Positions 27,362 through 35,920 of a stretch of 64,000 nucleotides of DNA are shown here, in pieces. The stretch comes from Candidatus Aenigmatarchaeota archaeon. Lineage in GTDB: Archaea > Aenigmatarchaeota > Aenigmatarchaeia > CG10238-14 > SCSR01. The notes under the pieces are model-generated. The model was not told the origin of the DNA. It saw only the letters and a list, made by a program, of their open reading frames with translations, and did not search any database. The DNA is taken from NCBI GenBank assembly GCA_016213525.1, contig JACRAE010000005.1, positions 17,405 through 81,404 of the forward strand, written 5' to 3'. How positions within the stretch are numbered: position 1 is the stretch's first letter; the number at the start of each line of letters is the position of its first letter. The translations under genes and the position numbers were made by a program.

Positions 27362-27889
27362 TCACTCCTTCGGAAGTATGTTCAAAAACGCCTTTATCTC
27401 GCGCTGGAAGTCTAGGAGAAGCCCGCGGCATTGCTCCCTGTAGACGTACCTCCTCTCCTGGTAGAACATCTTGTGCCAGAACGACCTGAAAATCTCGTAT
27501 ATGAGGCTCTTCTCCCAGACAGTGTCCTGCGGATAGTCCGTCCTGATTACGGCGTCTAGGGACAAGCGGAAGCTCCCCTCCTTGCCGAACTCCTTGCTCG
27601 GCTTCACGTCGCCGTTGAAGTCAACCCAGAGGAGCATGTAGGTGAAGCGGTCGAAGTCCTTGAACGCCTCTATCGCTCCGGAGAACTTCTCGGGCACGCC
27701 GGCGCGGTCCCATTTGAAGTCCCTCTCCTGGATGTTCTCGGGCTTAATCTTCAAATTGTCCTTGAGGAGTTCCATTATCTTCGCGTATGCCTTGTGCGGG
27801 TTCGGGCCCGTATAAGTGAGCCATATCTTAGGAGTCGGAAGCAGGCAGTCCTCTTCTATAGTGAGTTTTTGTCTTGCGAATATGGGCAT
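27362..27889 (-). CDS. Hypothetical protein, tandem paralogue (175 aa)
   Basis: See above. First gene of the minus-strand operon. Confidence 0.7.
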   Translation of the reverse strand: MPIFARQKLTIEEDCLLPTPKIWLTYTGPNPHKAYAKIMELLKDNLKIKPENIQERDFKWDRAGVPEKFSGAIEAFKDFDRFTYMLLWVDFNGDVKPSKEFGKEGSFRLSLDAVIRTDYPQDTVWEKSLIYEIFRSFWHKMFYQERRYVYREQCRGLLLDFQREIKAFLNILPKE

Positions 27890-27945
27890 ACTGATACCTA
27901 TTAGTTGTCGTAACCTATTAATTATTTAAAAGGATAGTGTTTCTT
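27890..27945. promoter_or_regulatory. AT-rich bidirectional promoter region with back-to-back TATA-like elements
   Basis: cctattaattatttaaaagg (27914-27933) lies ~25 nt from the ATG 27889 (minus) and ~15-25 nt from the ATG 27946 (plus). Confidence 0.5.
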
Positions 27946-28119
27946 ATGCCAGATATAGTAACGGGATTGGCGGGGGGTCTGCTCATAGTCGGGGGCTTGG
28001 CCATGATCTTTGTTTTCCCCGACATTAACGAGTATCAATCCAAGGCGTTCTCGTACACCGGGATACTCATCGGCGCTATAATGACTGCAACTGGCATAGG
28101 GCTGATGGTGTTCACATGA
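27946..28119 (+). CDS. Small two-TM membrane protein (57 aa from ATG; the track start is GTG 27937)
   Basis: Two hydrophobic spans GLAGGLLIVGGLAMIFVF and GILIGAIMTATGIGLMVF. ATGA overlap with the next gene. Confidence 0.55.
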   Translation: MPDIVTGLAGGLLIVGGLAMIFVFPDINEYQSKAFSYTGILIGAIMTATGIGLMVFT

Positions 28120-29870
28120 GCTGGGTAGGCGGGGCGTACCTCAACCACAAGTACGCGAAGGACGGTCTGCCCGCGATGCTCGGTCCCAACATGGGGGCGG
28201 CCGAAGGTCTGTATGCGGGGTTCATACCGGGCGAGATAATCCACATGTCCCCGCCCAACGCGAGGTCGCAGATGATGATAGACACCCCTCTCGGGAAGGC
28301 GAGTGGTATATTTTTCGGCTTCATGTGGCAGATGAGGAAGCGCGGGTTCCACATCGTCAAGGCTAACGAGTGGATAGAGGTGTCTCCAGTCCATTCTCAA
28401 TATTACCAGCTCACGGTGCAGCAGAAGCAGACATTAGAAGGTCAGATTAAGGCTGCCCTGCACAGCGTCCACACTTCCATATCGGACGCCGAACTCATCT
28501 ACCACGACATGAGGAGGTATAAGGAATATATGAATTATTTCGAGAGGCTGGAGGAGGCCAAGACGAAGAAGAATATGGAGGAATACAAGAAGAACAACCA
28601 GACGCTGAAGTCAATTTTCATAGACCAGGTGGATGTCCACACCGGCGAGGGGGTCGCGCTGAAGCTGATTGTGTCCAGGTGGCCTACGATAATCGTCGAC
28701 TTCATGCGCATATCTGACGAGGACGACGACCCGGGGAAGATAGCTACAAAATACCAGTTTTCAGAGGCGGAAGGCGTCGTGCTCGCGACCAAGAACAAGC
28801 TGTACAAGGAATGGAGGGAGCTTTTCAAGGGCACCGTGATGGGTAGATGGGAAAACCTGAGGGAGCTCTCTTCCGCTAGGAAGCGCTCCATAGGTGAGTA
28901 CAGGAACATGGTGAAGCCCTACATAATGAGGCACAAGATGATTAGGGAGATGGGGGAGACCAAGACCGGCAGGGACGTTCTGCAGGGTTTCTCTTGGTGG
29001 AGGCCGTCCACCCAGGCGGTGTCTATAGACGCGGCCGAATATTGGATGTGGAAGCCTTTCTGGCCCCCCGAGATACACAGGCCATCTTTGCAGTACTTCA
29101 AAGAGAAGATACCGATAACGAGAATGAGGTATCCGAAGGATATGAAGGATTCGATAAGCGACAATTGGGACATAGTAAAGGAGAAGGGGTACGCCGAGCT
29201 CGAGACATTTTTGACCGGGATAGAGCCAGTCGACAAGTGGGTCTGGTATCTGAAGGACACGATGTCAAAGTGGTATAAAGACAACTTCAATTACCGCGCG
29301 AAGCTCGACCTCATAGACGTGCTCGATGCCAGGAAGGAGCTCAACGACATGTACACGGAATATGGGAGGTGGGACTGGCTGCCGAGCCCGTACTTCATGT
29401 GCCTGGAGGTGGAGACGTTCCGCGTCGTTGTCAGGAACCCCGACGGCACGGAGTCGGAGACTTTCATATTGGGCGATTATCCGAGGCACCCGCTCATGTG
29501 CCCTCTGGACTCGCAGAATGTAATACTTCTCAGACTGCTGGAGCTGAAGCTGCAGCAGAAGGAGGTCGAGAACTACATCACCGACATGGTCGGAGAGTCT
29601 GTAGATGGCCAAAAACTCGAGGATGCAATCAAGAACGACTATCCGAACCTCTTCAACAAGGGGAACAAGGTGAAGACAATAAAAAATGAGGCGAAAGGCA
29701 AGCTGAAAAAACCAACCGACTGGGAGAGGTCCTTCAAGCTCACCAGGTCCTCCGGCCTGTACGACACCATATTCATGGAGAGGGTGGCTGCGATAATGCT
29801 GAAGGAGGTCAACGGGACCGCCTACGCCCTAGCGAGAGGATACTTCAGGTCGGCAGTCGGAGTGCCTTGA
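28116..29870 (+). CDS. Large hypothetical protein (584 aa), Trp/Tyr/Lys-rich
   Basis: Uninterrupted ORF in host-like composition. No P-loop or other motif that I recognise. Confidence 0.75.
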   Translation: MSWVGGAYLNHKYAKDGLPAMLGPNMGAAEGLYAGFIPGEIIHMSPPNARSQMMIDTPLGKASGIFFGFMWQMRKRGFHIVKANEWIEVSPVHSQYYQLTVQQKQTLEGQIKAALHSVHTSISDAELIYHDMRRYKEYMNYFERLEEAKTKKNMEEYKKNNQTLKSIFIDQVDVHTGEGVALKLIVSRWPTIIVDFMRISDEDDDPGKIATKYQFSEAEGVVLATKNKLYKEWRELFKGTVMGRWENLRELSSARKRSIGEYRNMVKPYIMRHKMIREMGETKTGRDVLQGFSWWRPSTQAVSIDAAEYWMWKPFWPPEIHRPSLQYFKEKIPITRMRYPKDMKDSISDNWDIVKEKGYAELETFLTGIEPVDKWVWYLKDTMSKWYKDNFNYRAKLDLIDVLDARKELNDMYTEYGRWDWLPSPYFMCLEVETFRVVVRNPDGTESETFILGDYPRHPLMCPLDSQNVILLRLLELKLQQKEVENYITDMVGESVDGQKLEDAIKNDYPNLFNKGNKVKTIKNEAKGKLKKPTDWERSFKLTRSSGLYDTIFMERVAAIMLKEVNGTAYALARGYFRSAVGVP

Positions 29871-29882
29871 GGTGACTAGTCT

Positions 29883-31727
29883 TTGACCGGGCGCGGAAGT
29901 TACGACATAGGAATCACGAGCGGCTGGTATGGGATTGCCAAGTCCTCGGATTTACTCGGTCTGGCACAGAAGATATCCGCCGCCACAACCAGCGGCGCCA
30001 ACTTCGTGCAGGTGGACTTTGAGAACACCGCGGAGTTCGTCGAGCCCGACGTCATCGACAGGCTGCGCCAGACCATGCAGAGCCTGCAGCTTTTCTGGGG
30101 CGCGCACGGCGAGATAGGCGAGACGATGGCATGGGAAAGCTCTATTGACGTTCACTGGAAACAGTCCCACAGGAGGCTCCATCAATACTTGGACGGACTC
30201 TATGATTATTTTGTAATGGGTAAGGATACTAGGAATCCAGGGGACAAGAGCCAGTACTTCAAATTTAGGCCGTACTACCTCAACTTCCATGCTTCCAACT
30301 CGCACCCTCTCGGTCTCTTTGTCGAGAAGTTCAGATACAGCGGCCACATACAGGCGTGTATAGACGGCAGCGACAGCTGGGAGGATTTCCTGAACAAGCC
30401 GTACAACGTGGAGCTGAAAAAATGGTTCCAAAGGAACGTCCTGTACCACATCTACGCCAGGGAAACGGGGAGACTCTACCTGAACGAGGAAGAGGTGATA
30501 GACGCCATGGTAAGATCCTTCCTCGGGAAGAGGCAGTCTTCTGGCGGCAAGCAGAGCGAAGAGGAGACGAAAAAAGAATATGCTGAATTTATGGCCGCGT
30601 TCAAGGAACCGTCCAAGGACGAGAATAAGCAACAGGAGATATTCAATTCTGCCTTTGAAGACTGGCTGACGATGTCTGCGCTGAGGAGGGTGAGGGGGAT
30701 GATAATCGAGGAGGAGTGGGCGTACGCGCTGATTGCTAAGTATCTAGAATTCAGGAGGGGCGACTCGGACGAGCCGTTGTGGAACATGTTCTTCGGAAGT
30801 AAGAAAATGGAGGACTTGGAAAAAGAATGGAGCACGAAGGACAAGGAGATAAAGCTTTTCGACAAGAAGAAGGGTCTGGTAAACCTTTTCCCGGAGATTA
30901 TTGCGATGGTGGCCACTAGATACATCATAGGTCACTTCAAGGAGAAGGCGTCGCCCGAGATGATCCAAGACAAGAAGCTCGAGCTCGCGAGGAAGAAGAA
31001 GGAGTGGGACCCGTTCTACGAGAAGACCGCCCTCGAGAAGCTGAACGAAGTCAAGGTCGTCATAACTTTCGAGACACCGGATGTGCTTGAGAACCAGAGG
31101 GAGGGACTTCAGAGGATAATCCATGCGAGGCACATCCATCTGATGGTGAAGGCGTTCAACCATCCGTACATCAAGGGATGGATAGACGCGGAGCACTACC
31201 TGCACAACGGGTTCGACCCCATAGATGAGATAAGATCCTGTCCGGACGGTTCTTTAGAGGACTTCACGGGGTTCCATGTAGGGTCGCCGAAGCCGTACGC
31301 GCCCGGCCACGACCTGATAGACGTGGGGAGCGAGGGCCAGAGGTGGATCTACGTGTACGCGTACGAGATGAGGAAGAAGGGGTTCGGCATGAAGGACAGG
31401 GGCCTGATAATTTTCGAGAGGGGCGGGGGAAGGGGAGGAGGCAACATGCCCGTACATTATCTTGGCCAGTCTGTCACGTCGATAAGGCTAATCATAGACG
31501 AGCTGAAGAAGGACACGGAGCCGAACAAGCTACCGCTGGCGTTCTTCGGCGTGTCGTCCGACGGGTTCCAGTCGATGGAGAGGCAGACCGCTATAATGAA
31601 GGAGCACTACTGGGACCCGCTCAAGGGCATGCTCTCCGTCCCGGAGGAGGAGTACACGTTCTTCGGCAAGGCAGCACTGGACAAGGGAAAGAAGCCCGAG
31701 GAGTGGAAGAAGGAAGAGCTACGCTGA
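29883..31727 (+). CDS. Hypothetical protein, probable xylose-isomerase/endonuclease-IV-like TIM barrel with a large helical insertion
   Basis: TTG start (in-frame TAG 6 nt upstream) with GAGGTGA SD 7-8 nt upstream. Strand-end pattern IGITSG, FVQVDFEN, FWGAHGE, YLNFHASN, VVITFETPD, GWIDAEHYLHNG, GFHVGS..GHDLIDVGSEG, LIIFERGG. Confidence 0.7.
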   Translation: MTGRGSYDIGITSGWYGIAKSSDLLGLAQKISAATTSGANFVQVDFENTAEFVEPDVIDRLRQTMQSLQLFWGAHGEIGETMAWESSIDVHWKQSHRRLHQYLDGLYDYFVMGKDTRNPGDKSQYFKFRPYYLNFHASNSHPLGLFVEKFRYSGHIQACIDGSDSWEDFLNKPYNVELKKWFQRNVLYHIYARETGRLYLNEEEVIDAMVRSFLGKRQSSGGKQSEEETKKEYAEFMAAFKEPSKDENKQQEIFNSAFEDWLTMSALRRVRGMIIEEEWAYALIAKYLEFRRGDSDEPLWNMFFGSKKMEDLEKEWSTKDKEIKLFDKKKGLVNLFPEIIAMVATRYIIGHFKEKASPEMIQDKKLELARKKKEWDPFYEKTALEKLNEVKVVITFETPDVLENQREGLQRIIHARHIHLMVKAFNHPYIKGWIDAEHYLHNGFDPIDEIRSCPDGSLEDFTGFHVGSPKPYAPGHDLIDVGSEGQRWIYVYAYEMRKKGFGMKDRGLIIFERGGGRGGGNMPVHYLGQSVTSIRLIIDELKKDTEPNKLPLAFFGVSSDGFQSMERQTAIMKEHYWDPLKGMLSVPEEEYTFFGKAALDKGKKPEEWKKEELR

Positions 31728-32438
31728 CTTCTTCAGGAAAGAGTCCGCCATCTGTATCTCGTCCTGGTCCCTGGGGTCCATCCAGAAGCCTTCCGCTATC
31801 TGGAACCCAAAATCAAATCCTTCGTCGATGAGAATCTGTATGGAGTCCGTGAGCTCGTACTCCCCCCTCACGGAGAGCTTCGTCTCCTCTATCGCCCTGA
31901 ATATCTCCCTCGGCAGGACGAAAAGCCCGGTGAGGGCGAGGTTGCTCGGAGGCACCTCGGGCTTCTCTATTATTTTCTTGACGTGAAATCCGTCGACCTG
32001 CATTATACCGTACTTGCTCGGATTGGCAACGGTCTTTCCGCAGAGGACCCCGTCGAAGTGCTCGGACTTCTTGAGTATAGCGTCGAGTATCTTCTTGTCA
32101 AAGATATTGTCCCCGTAGATGAGGACGAAGCTCTTCTCCGATATCTTGTCCCTGACGCATCTGACGGCATCGGCCGTGCCGCCCTTCGGGTTCTCCTGGT
32201 GAACGTACTCCATCCTCACGCCGAATTCGGAGCCGTCGCCGAAGAACTCCATTATCTGCTCCTTCATGTAGTTGACGACAATGACTATGTCCTTCAGGTC
32301 CTTGTCCCGGAGTACCTCGACCGTCCTCTGGAGGAGCGGCTTCTCCGAGTACTTTACCATGGTCTTCTGGTTCTCGCCGATTGCGGGTCTGAGCCTGGTG
32401 CCCATCCCTGCGGCTAGTATGACGGCCTTCATTTGCAT
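31719..32438 (-). CDS. Sugar-phosphate nucleotidyltransferase (RmlA/GlmU N-terminal type)
   Basis: MKAVILAAGMGTRLRP signature. 239 aa. Confidence 0.8.
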   Translation of the reverse strand: MQMKAVILAAGMGTRLRPAIGENQKTMVKYSEKPLLQRTVEVLRDKDLKDIVIVVNYMKEQIMEFFGDGSEFGVRMEYVHQENPKGGTADAVRCVRDKISEKSFVLIYGDNIFDKKILDAILKKSEHFDGVLCGKTVANPSKYGIMQVDGFHVKKIIEKPEVPPSNLALTGLFVLPREIFRAIEETKLSVRGEYELTDSIQILIDEGFDFGFQIAEGFWMDPRDQDEIQMADSFLKKSA

Positions 32439-32521
32439 CTTAATCTAATGTCGGAGGGAGCTTTATAATTCTTTCCAGAAACCGGTCAAACACTTAAGAG
32501 CCGAGACCATCAAGTGATAAT

Positions 32522-33379
32522 ATGGCTTTTGACAAGCTGCAGGAAGAGCTCGCGGACACGCATCTCGCGAAGAAGCAGCCCAAGGCGGAGGAAGGAATGA
32601 ACAAAGAGGAGGTAATCGAGAGGGTCGTCAAGTTCACAAACGAGGCCAGGAAGCACTACGGCGACATGATAAAATCGGTCCTTATTTTCGGCTCCATAGT
32701 GAGGGGCGACGCAGTGAAGACAAGCGACGCGGACGTATGGGTAATTTTGGACGACACGGCGACGAAAGGAACGGACGACATAGACAAGGTGCAGTCGCAC
32801 CTGTTTCTCATAGCGCACGAGCTGAAGGACGTGCACGTCCAGACCACGCCTCTGACGGAGTTTTGGCATTGGATTAAGACCGGGTCGCCCGAGCTCGTCA
32901 ACTTCCTGAGGTACGGCCTCCCGATATACGACAGCGGCTTCATCAAGCCGGTGCAGAGGATGCTAGCGATGGGCCTGCTGCCGCCGAGCGAGGAGACGAT
33001 AAGCATACGCGCGCGCGCCGCCGAGGCAAGGCACAGGAAGGTGAAGCTCGACATGAAGTCGATGGTGTTCGAGCTGAGGTATTGCGCGAGCGACATCATA
33101 CAGGCCACGGTGATGCACCACTACAAGGCGCAGCCGGACCTCAAGGACATACCGAAGTTCCTGGAGAAGCTGGTTCAGGAGGGTAAGCTTGAGGCCGAGT
33201 GGGTCGAGAACTTCCAGAAGATGAACAAGATGTGGAAGGACATAGACCACAAGGTCGTCAAGGACGTCGACTCCGCATACCTTGAGGGAGCGCTCGTCCT
33301 GTCGAGGCGCATCATAGACAGGTTTAAGAAGCTCATCCCGAAAGAAGTCCTAGGAGAAGAGCTGCCGGAGGAAGATTAG
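32522..33379 (+). CDS. Pol-beta-superfamily minimal nucleotidyltransferase fused to a helical (HEPN-like) C-terminal domain
   Basis: FGSIVRGDAVKTSDADVWVILDD (GS..x..D.D). Paralogue of 33522-34727. Confidence 0.7.
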   Translation: MAFDKLQEELADTHLAKKQPKAEEGMNKEEVIERVVKFTNEARKHYGDMIKSVLIFGSIVRGDAVKTSDADVWVILDDTATKGTDDIDKVQSHLFLIAHELKDVHVQTTPLTEFWHWIKTGSPELVNFLRYGLPIYDSGFIKPVQRMLAMGLLPPSEETISIRARAAEARHRKVKLDMKSMVFELRYCASDIIQATVMHHYKAQPDLKDIPKFLEKLVQEGKLEAEWVENFQKMNKMWKDIDHKVVKDVDSAYLEGALVLSRRIIDRFKKLIPKEVLGEELPEED

Positions 33380-33380
33380 A

Positions 33381-33515
33381 ATGGAGTATGTGGGAAAAAT
33401 AAGCAAGGCCATAGCCGCGAGCTGTCACGGCAGGAGCATGTCAGTTTTCTATCTGGGAAACAATGTTTTTTCTCTGGGAAAGATCTACAAAGAAAGCGTC
33501 TACAAGAACAAGTGA
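33381..33515 (+). CDS. Possible 44-aa ORF between the two nucleotidyltransferase genes
   Basis: The ATG lies 2 nt after the upstream stop. No motif. Not in the ORF track because it is under 60 aa. Confidence 0.25.
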   Translation: MEYVGKISKAIAASCHGRSMSVFYLGNNVFSLGKIYKESVYKNK

Positions 33516-33521
33516 TTACAG

Positions 33522-34727
33522 TTGACAGAAAACCAGAACGAGGCCAGACCCGCGGCTCAGGGCCCTAAGAACAAGGAGGAGAGGGCGGCCATAGCGGAGG
33601 CCTTCGCCAAGGAGGTTTTGAAGAAGTACGGGAAGTACGTCAAGGCCGTCGTGATGATGGGGTCCGTCGCCAGGCAGGAGTTCAAGCCGCTGAGCGACAT
33701 AGACGTCTTCGTCGTCATAGACGACACGGCCATGGACTTCAACCCGGAGATGAAGGAGAAGATAGACGAGGAGCTCGAGCAGATTGCGGACAACGTCCCA
33801 GGCTCCGTCGTTGTGACGAAGAACTCACAGGGAGAGGAGGACAAGACGAACTTGTTGTCGGTCCAGCCGACATACACGCTCACCGAGTTCTGGGACTACG
33901 CGAGGGTCGCGCACCCGATAATATACAACTTCATCAAGGAGGGCGTGCCGATCTACGACACGGGGTTCTTCGAGCCGATAAAGAGGCTCCTCGAAATGGG
34001 CAGGATACCGTCCACGAGGGAGGCCATAGAGAGCTACATGGAAGGAGCGCCCAAGAAGATAATGCGCGCGAAGACGGTGAAGCTGCTCATGCTCGCCGAG
34101 GATTCCTATTATGCGATGCTCAACACGTCTCAGGCCGTGCTGATGTTCATGGGTCTGGAGCCGCCGGTGCCGAACAAGGCGTACGAGGAGGTGAAGAGGT
34201 ACCTAGTGGAGCCAGGGATACTCGAGCCGGAGTACGGCGAGTGGCTCAGGGAGATAATCGAGATTAGGAAGAAGATAGAGCACAAGGAATTGATGGAGGT
34301 ATCCGGATCGTTCGTGGACGAGTGGCTCGACAGGGCGGAGAAGTACACCGACAAGATGTTCAGCCTCCTGAACGCGCTCGAGATGAGGAAGAAGGAGAAG
34401 ATTCTCGAGAGGACCCAGGAGGTTCTGCAGAAGGCCGCGATTACCGCGCTCAAGACGCTGCACAAGATGCCGGAGGAGGCGGAGGCGGCCGAGGTCATGA
34501 GGAAGATCGACATGCCGCTGAGGGACGCCTTCAAGAAGGAGTTCATAGACACGAGGAAGGTCGATCCTTACTATTGGGACATATGGAACAGGATAGACGA
34601 GATGAAGAAGATGTCCGACGACAAGAAGCTCGACAAGATATCCGAGAAGGAAGTCAACGACATGCGCGAGTATGTGAGGAAGCTCATACACGAGCTCGCA
34701 AAGAATCTGAAGACGGACGAAGAGTAG
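33522..34727 (+). CDS. Pol-beta-superfamily nucleotidyltransferase with a longer helical C-terminal region containing an R-x4-H motif
   Basis: MGSVARQEFKPLSDIDVFVVIDD; EIRKKIEHK. TTG start as given in the track. Confidence 0.7.
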   Translation: MTENQNEARPAAQGPKNKEERAAIAEAFAKEVLKKYGKYVKAVVMMGSVARQEFKPLSDIDVFVVIDDTAMDFNPEMKEKIDEELEQIADNVPGSVVVTKNSQGEEDKTNLLSVQPTYTLTEFWDYARVAHPIIYNFIKEGVPIYDTGFFEPIKRLLEMGRIPSTREAIESYMEGAPKKIMRAKTVKLLMLAEDSYYAMLNTSQAVLMFMGLEPPVPNKAYEEVKRYLVEPGILEPEYGEWLREIIEIRKKIEHKELMEVSGSFVDEWLDRAEKYTDKMFSLLNALEMRKKEKILERTQEVLQKAAITALKTLHKMPEEAEAAEVMRKIDMPLRDAFKKEFIDTRKVDPYYWDIWNRIDEMKKMSDDKKLDKISEKEVNDMREYVRKLIHELAKNLKTDEE

Positions 34728-34735
34728 TTTTTGTT

Positions 34736-35608
34736 ATGTCCCTGAAGATAGTGGCCCTGGGCTGCATACATGGAGTGCTCAAGAAGAGCGTCGTCGAGGC
34801 AATCAAGAGGGAGGGACCGGAAGCCATATTGGTGTCAGGGGACTTCACAGGCAGCGTCCACGACGACGAGGTGAGGAAGTATGAGAAGGACCTAGTCGAG
34901 AATTTCGGGCCCATATCCCAGTTCTGGCCGCTGAGGGTGCAGATAGACTCCGAGAAGAAGTTCGCGAGGTGGGGCAGGATAGCAGCCGAGAACACCGCCA
35001 AGGTTTTCAACGACCTGGACAAACTGGGAATACCGCTCTATTACGTGCACGGCAACTGGGACTCGGTGTCCACCGACGGCAGGGGCATGTTAGAGAACTC
35101 GGGCGACTTCTTCATAGACCAGGTCGAGGGGAAGAACCTGAAGTTCATACACGAGAAGGTCGTAAAGGTCGGTGGCTTCAGCGTCATAGGATTCGGCGGC
35201 TATCGCGGCAGCTCGGCTAAGGAGTACCTGATTGGAGACCTCCCAGAGGACGATCCGAACATGGAGGGGATAAGGCAGGTCAGGGAAGACATGAGGCGCA
35301 GGATGGAGAGGCTGTTCGGAAAGATCAAGGACCCGAGCAGGGCCATACTTCTGACGCACGATCCTCCGTACAAGCTGCACGACTACCTGGAGGCGGCGAA
35401 GAAGAACTACGGCGAGAAGGTCACGCGCGAGGTCATAGAGAAGTACGAGCCGGCGGTGTGCGTCTGCTCACATTTCCACGAGCACCAGGGTCTGGGAAAA
35501 ATAAAGAAGACTCTGGTCGTGAACAGCGGATACGGGAGGGAGGGGCAGTTCACCCTCATCGAGGCCGACGCCAGCGGCAGAGTCAGCGTGACTTTGAAGA
35601 AAGTCTGA
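34736..35608 (+). CDS. Calcineurin-like metallophosphoesterase
   Basis: The ATG at 34736 starts MSLKIVALGCIHG. Also GDFTG, HGNWD, THDPP, CSHFHEH. The upstream part of the 428-aa track ORF overlaps the previous gene and is rejected. Confidence 0.75.
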   Translation: MSLKIVALGCIHGVLKKSVVEAIKREGPEAILVSGDFTGSVHDDEVRKYEKDLVENFGPISQFWPLRVQIDSEKKFARWGRIAAENTAKVFNDLDKLGIPLYYVHGNWDSVSTDGRGMLENSGDFFIDQVEGKNLKFIHEKVVKVGGFSVIGFGGYRGSSAKEYLIGDLPEDDPNMEGIRQVREDMRRRMERLFGKIKDPSRAILLTHDPPYKLHDYLEAAKKNYGEKVTREVIEKYEPAVCVCSHFHEHQGLGKIKKTLVVNSGYGREGQFTLIEADASGRVSVTLKKV

Positions 35609-35614
35609 CCGCGG

Positions 35615-35908
35615 CTAGTATATTCCCCTGAAGACGTTCGTCGCCCCCTTCTGGGCGAGATAGAGCAGGAATATGACGGTCACAAGATTCACCGTAAACG
35701 CGTCGAAGGACATCAGCAGGAAATAGAGGCCGCAGACGGAGTCGAGGGCGCTGACGACGCTGTTCTTCATCACGGCGGATATTGCGCCCTTTGAGATTAG
35801 ATACAACGAGAGCAGCACGCTGACGCCCATGGACGAGACATCCAGATAGAGGTCGAGAGCGAAAACAACCGCAATCAGAATGTAAACGACGCCGAAGACA
35901 AGCCTCAT
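35615..35908 (-). CDS. Small membrane protein (97 aa)
   Basis: Three hydrophobic spans. Confidence 0.5.
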   Translation of the reverse strand: MRLVFGVVYILIAVVFALDLYLDVSSMGVSVLLSLYLISKGAISAVMKNSVVSALDSVCGLYFLLMSFDAFTVNLVTVIFLLYLAQKGATNVFRGIY

Positions 35909-35920
35909 ATTTCCACACCG

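Noticed and set aside
34322-34735. N-terminal extension of the 428-aa track ORF (metallophosphoesterase)
   Set aside because: It overlaps the 3' end of the upstream nucleotidyltransferase gene in another frame. The phosphoesterase motif I follows the ATG at 34736.
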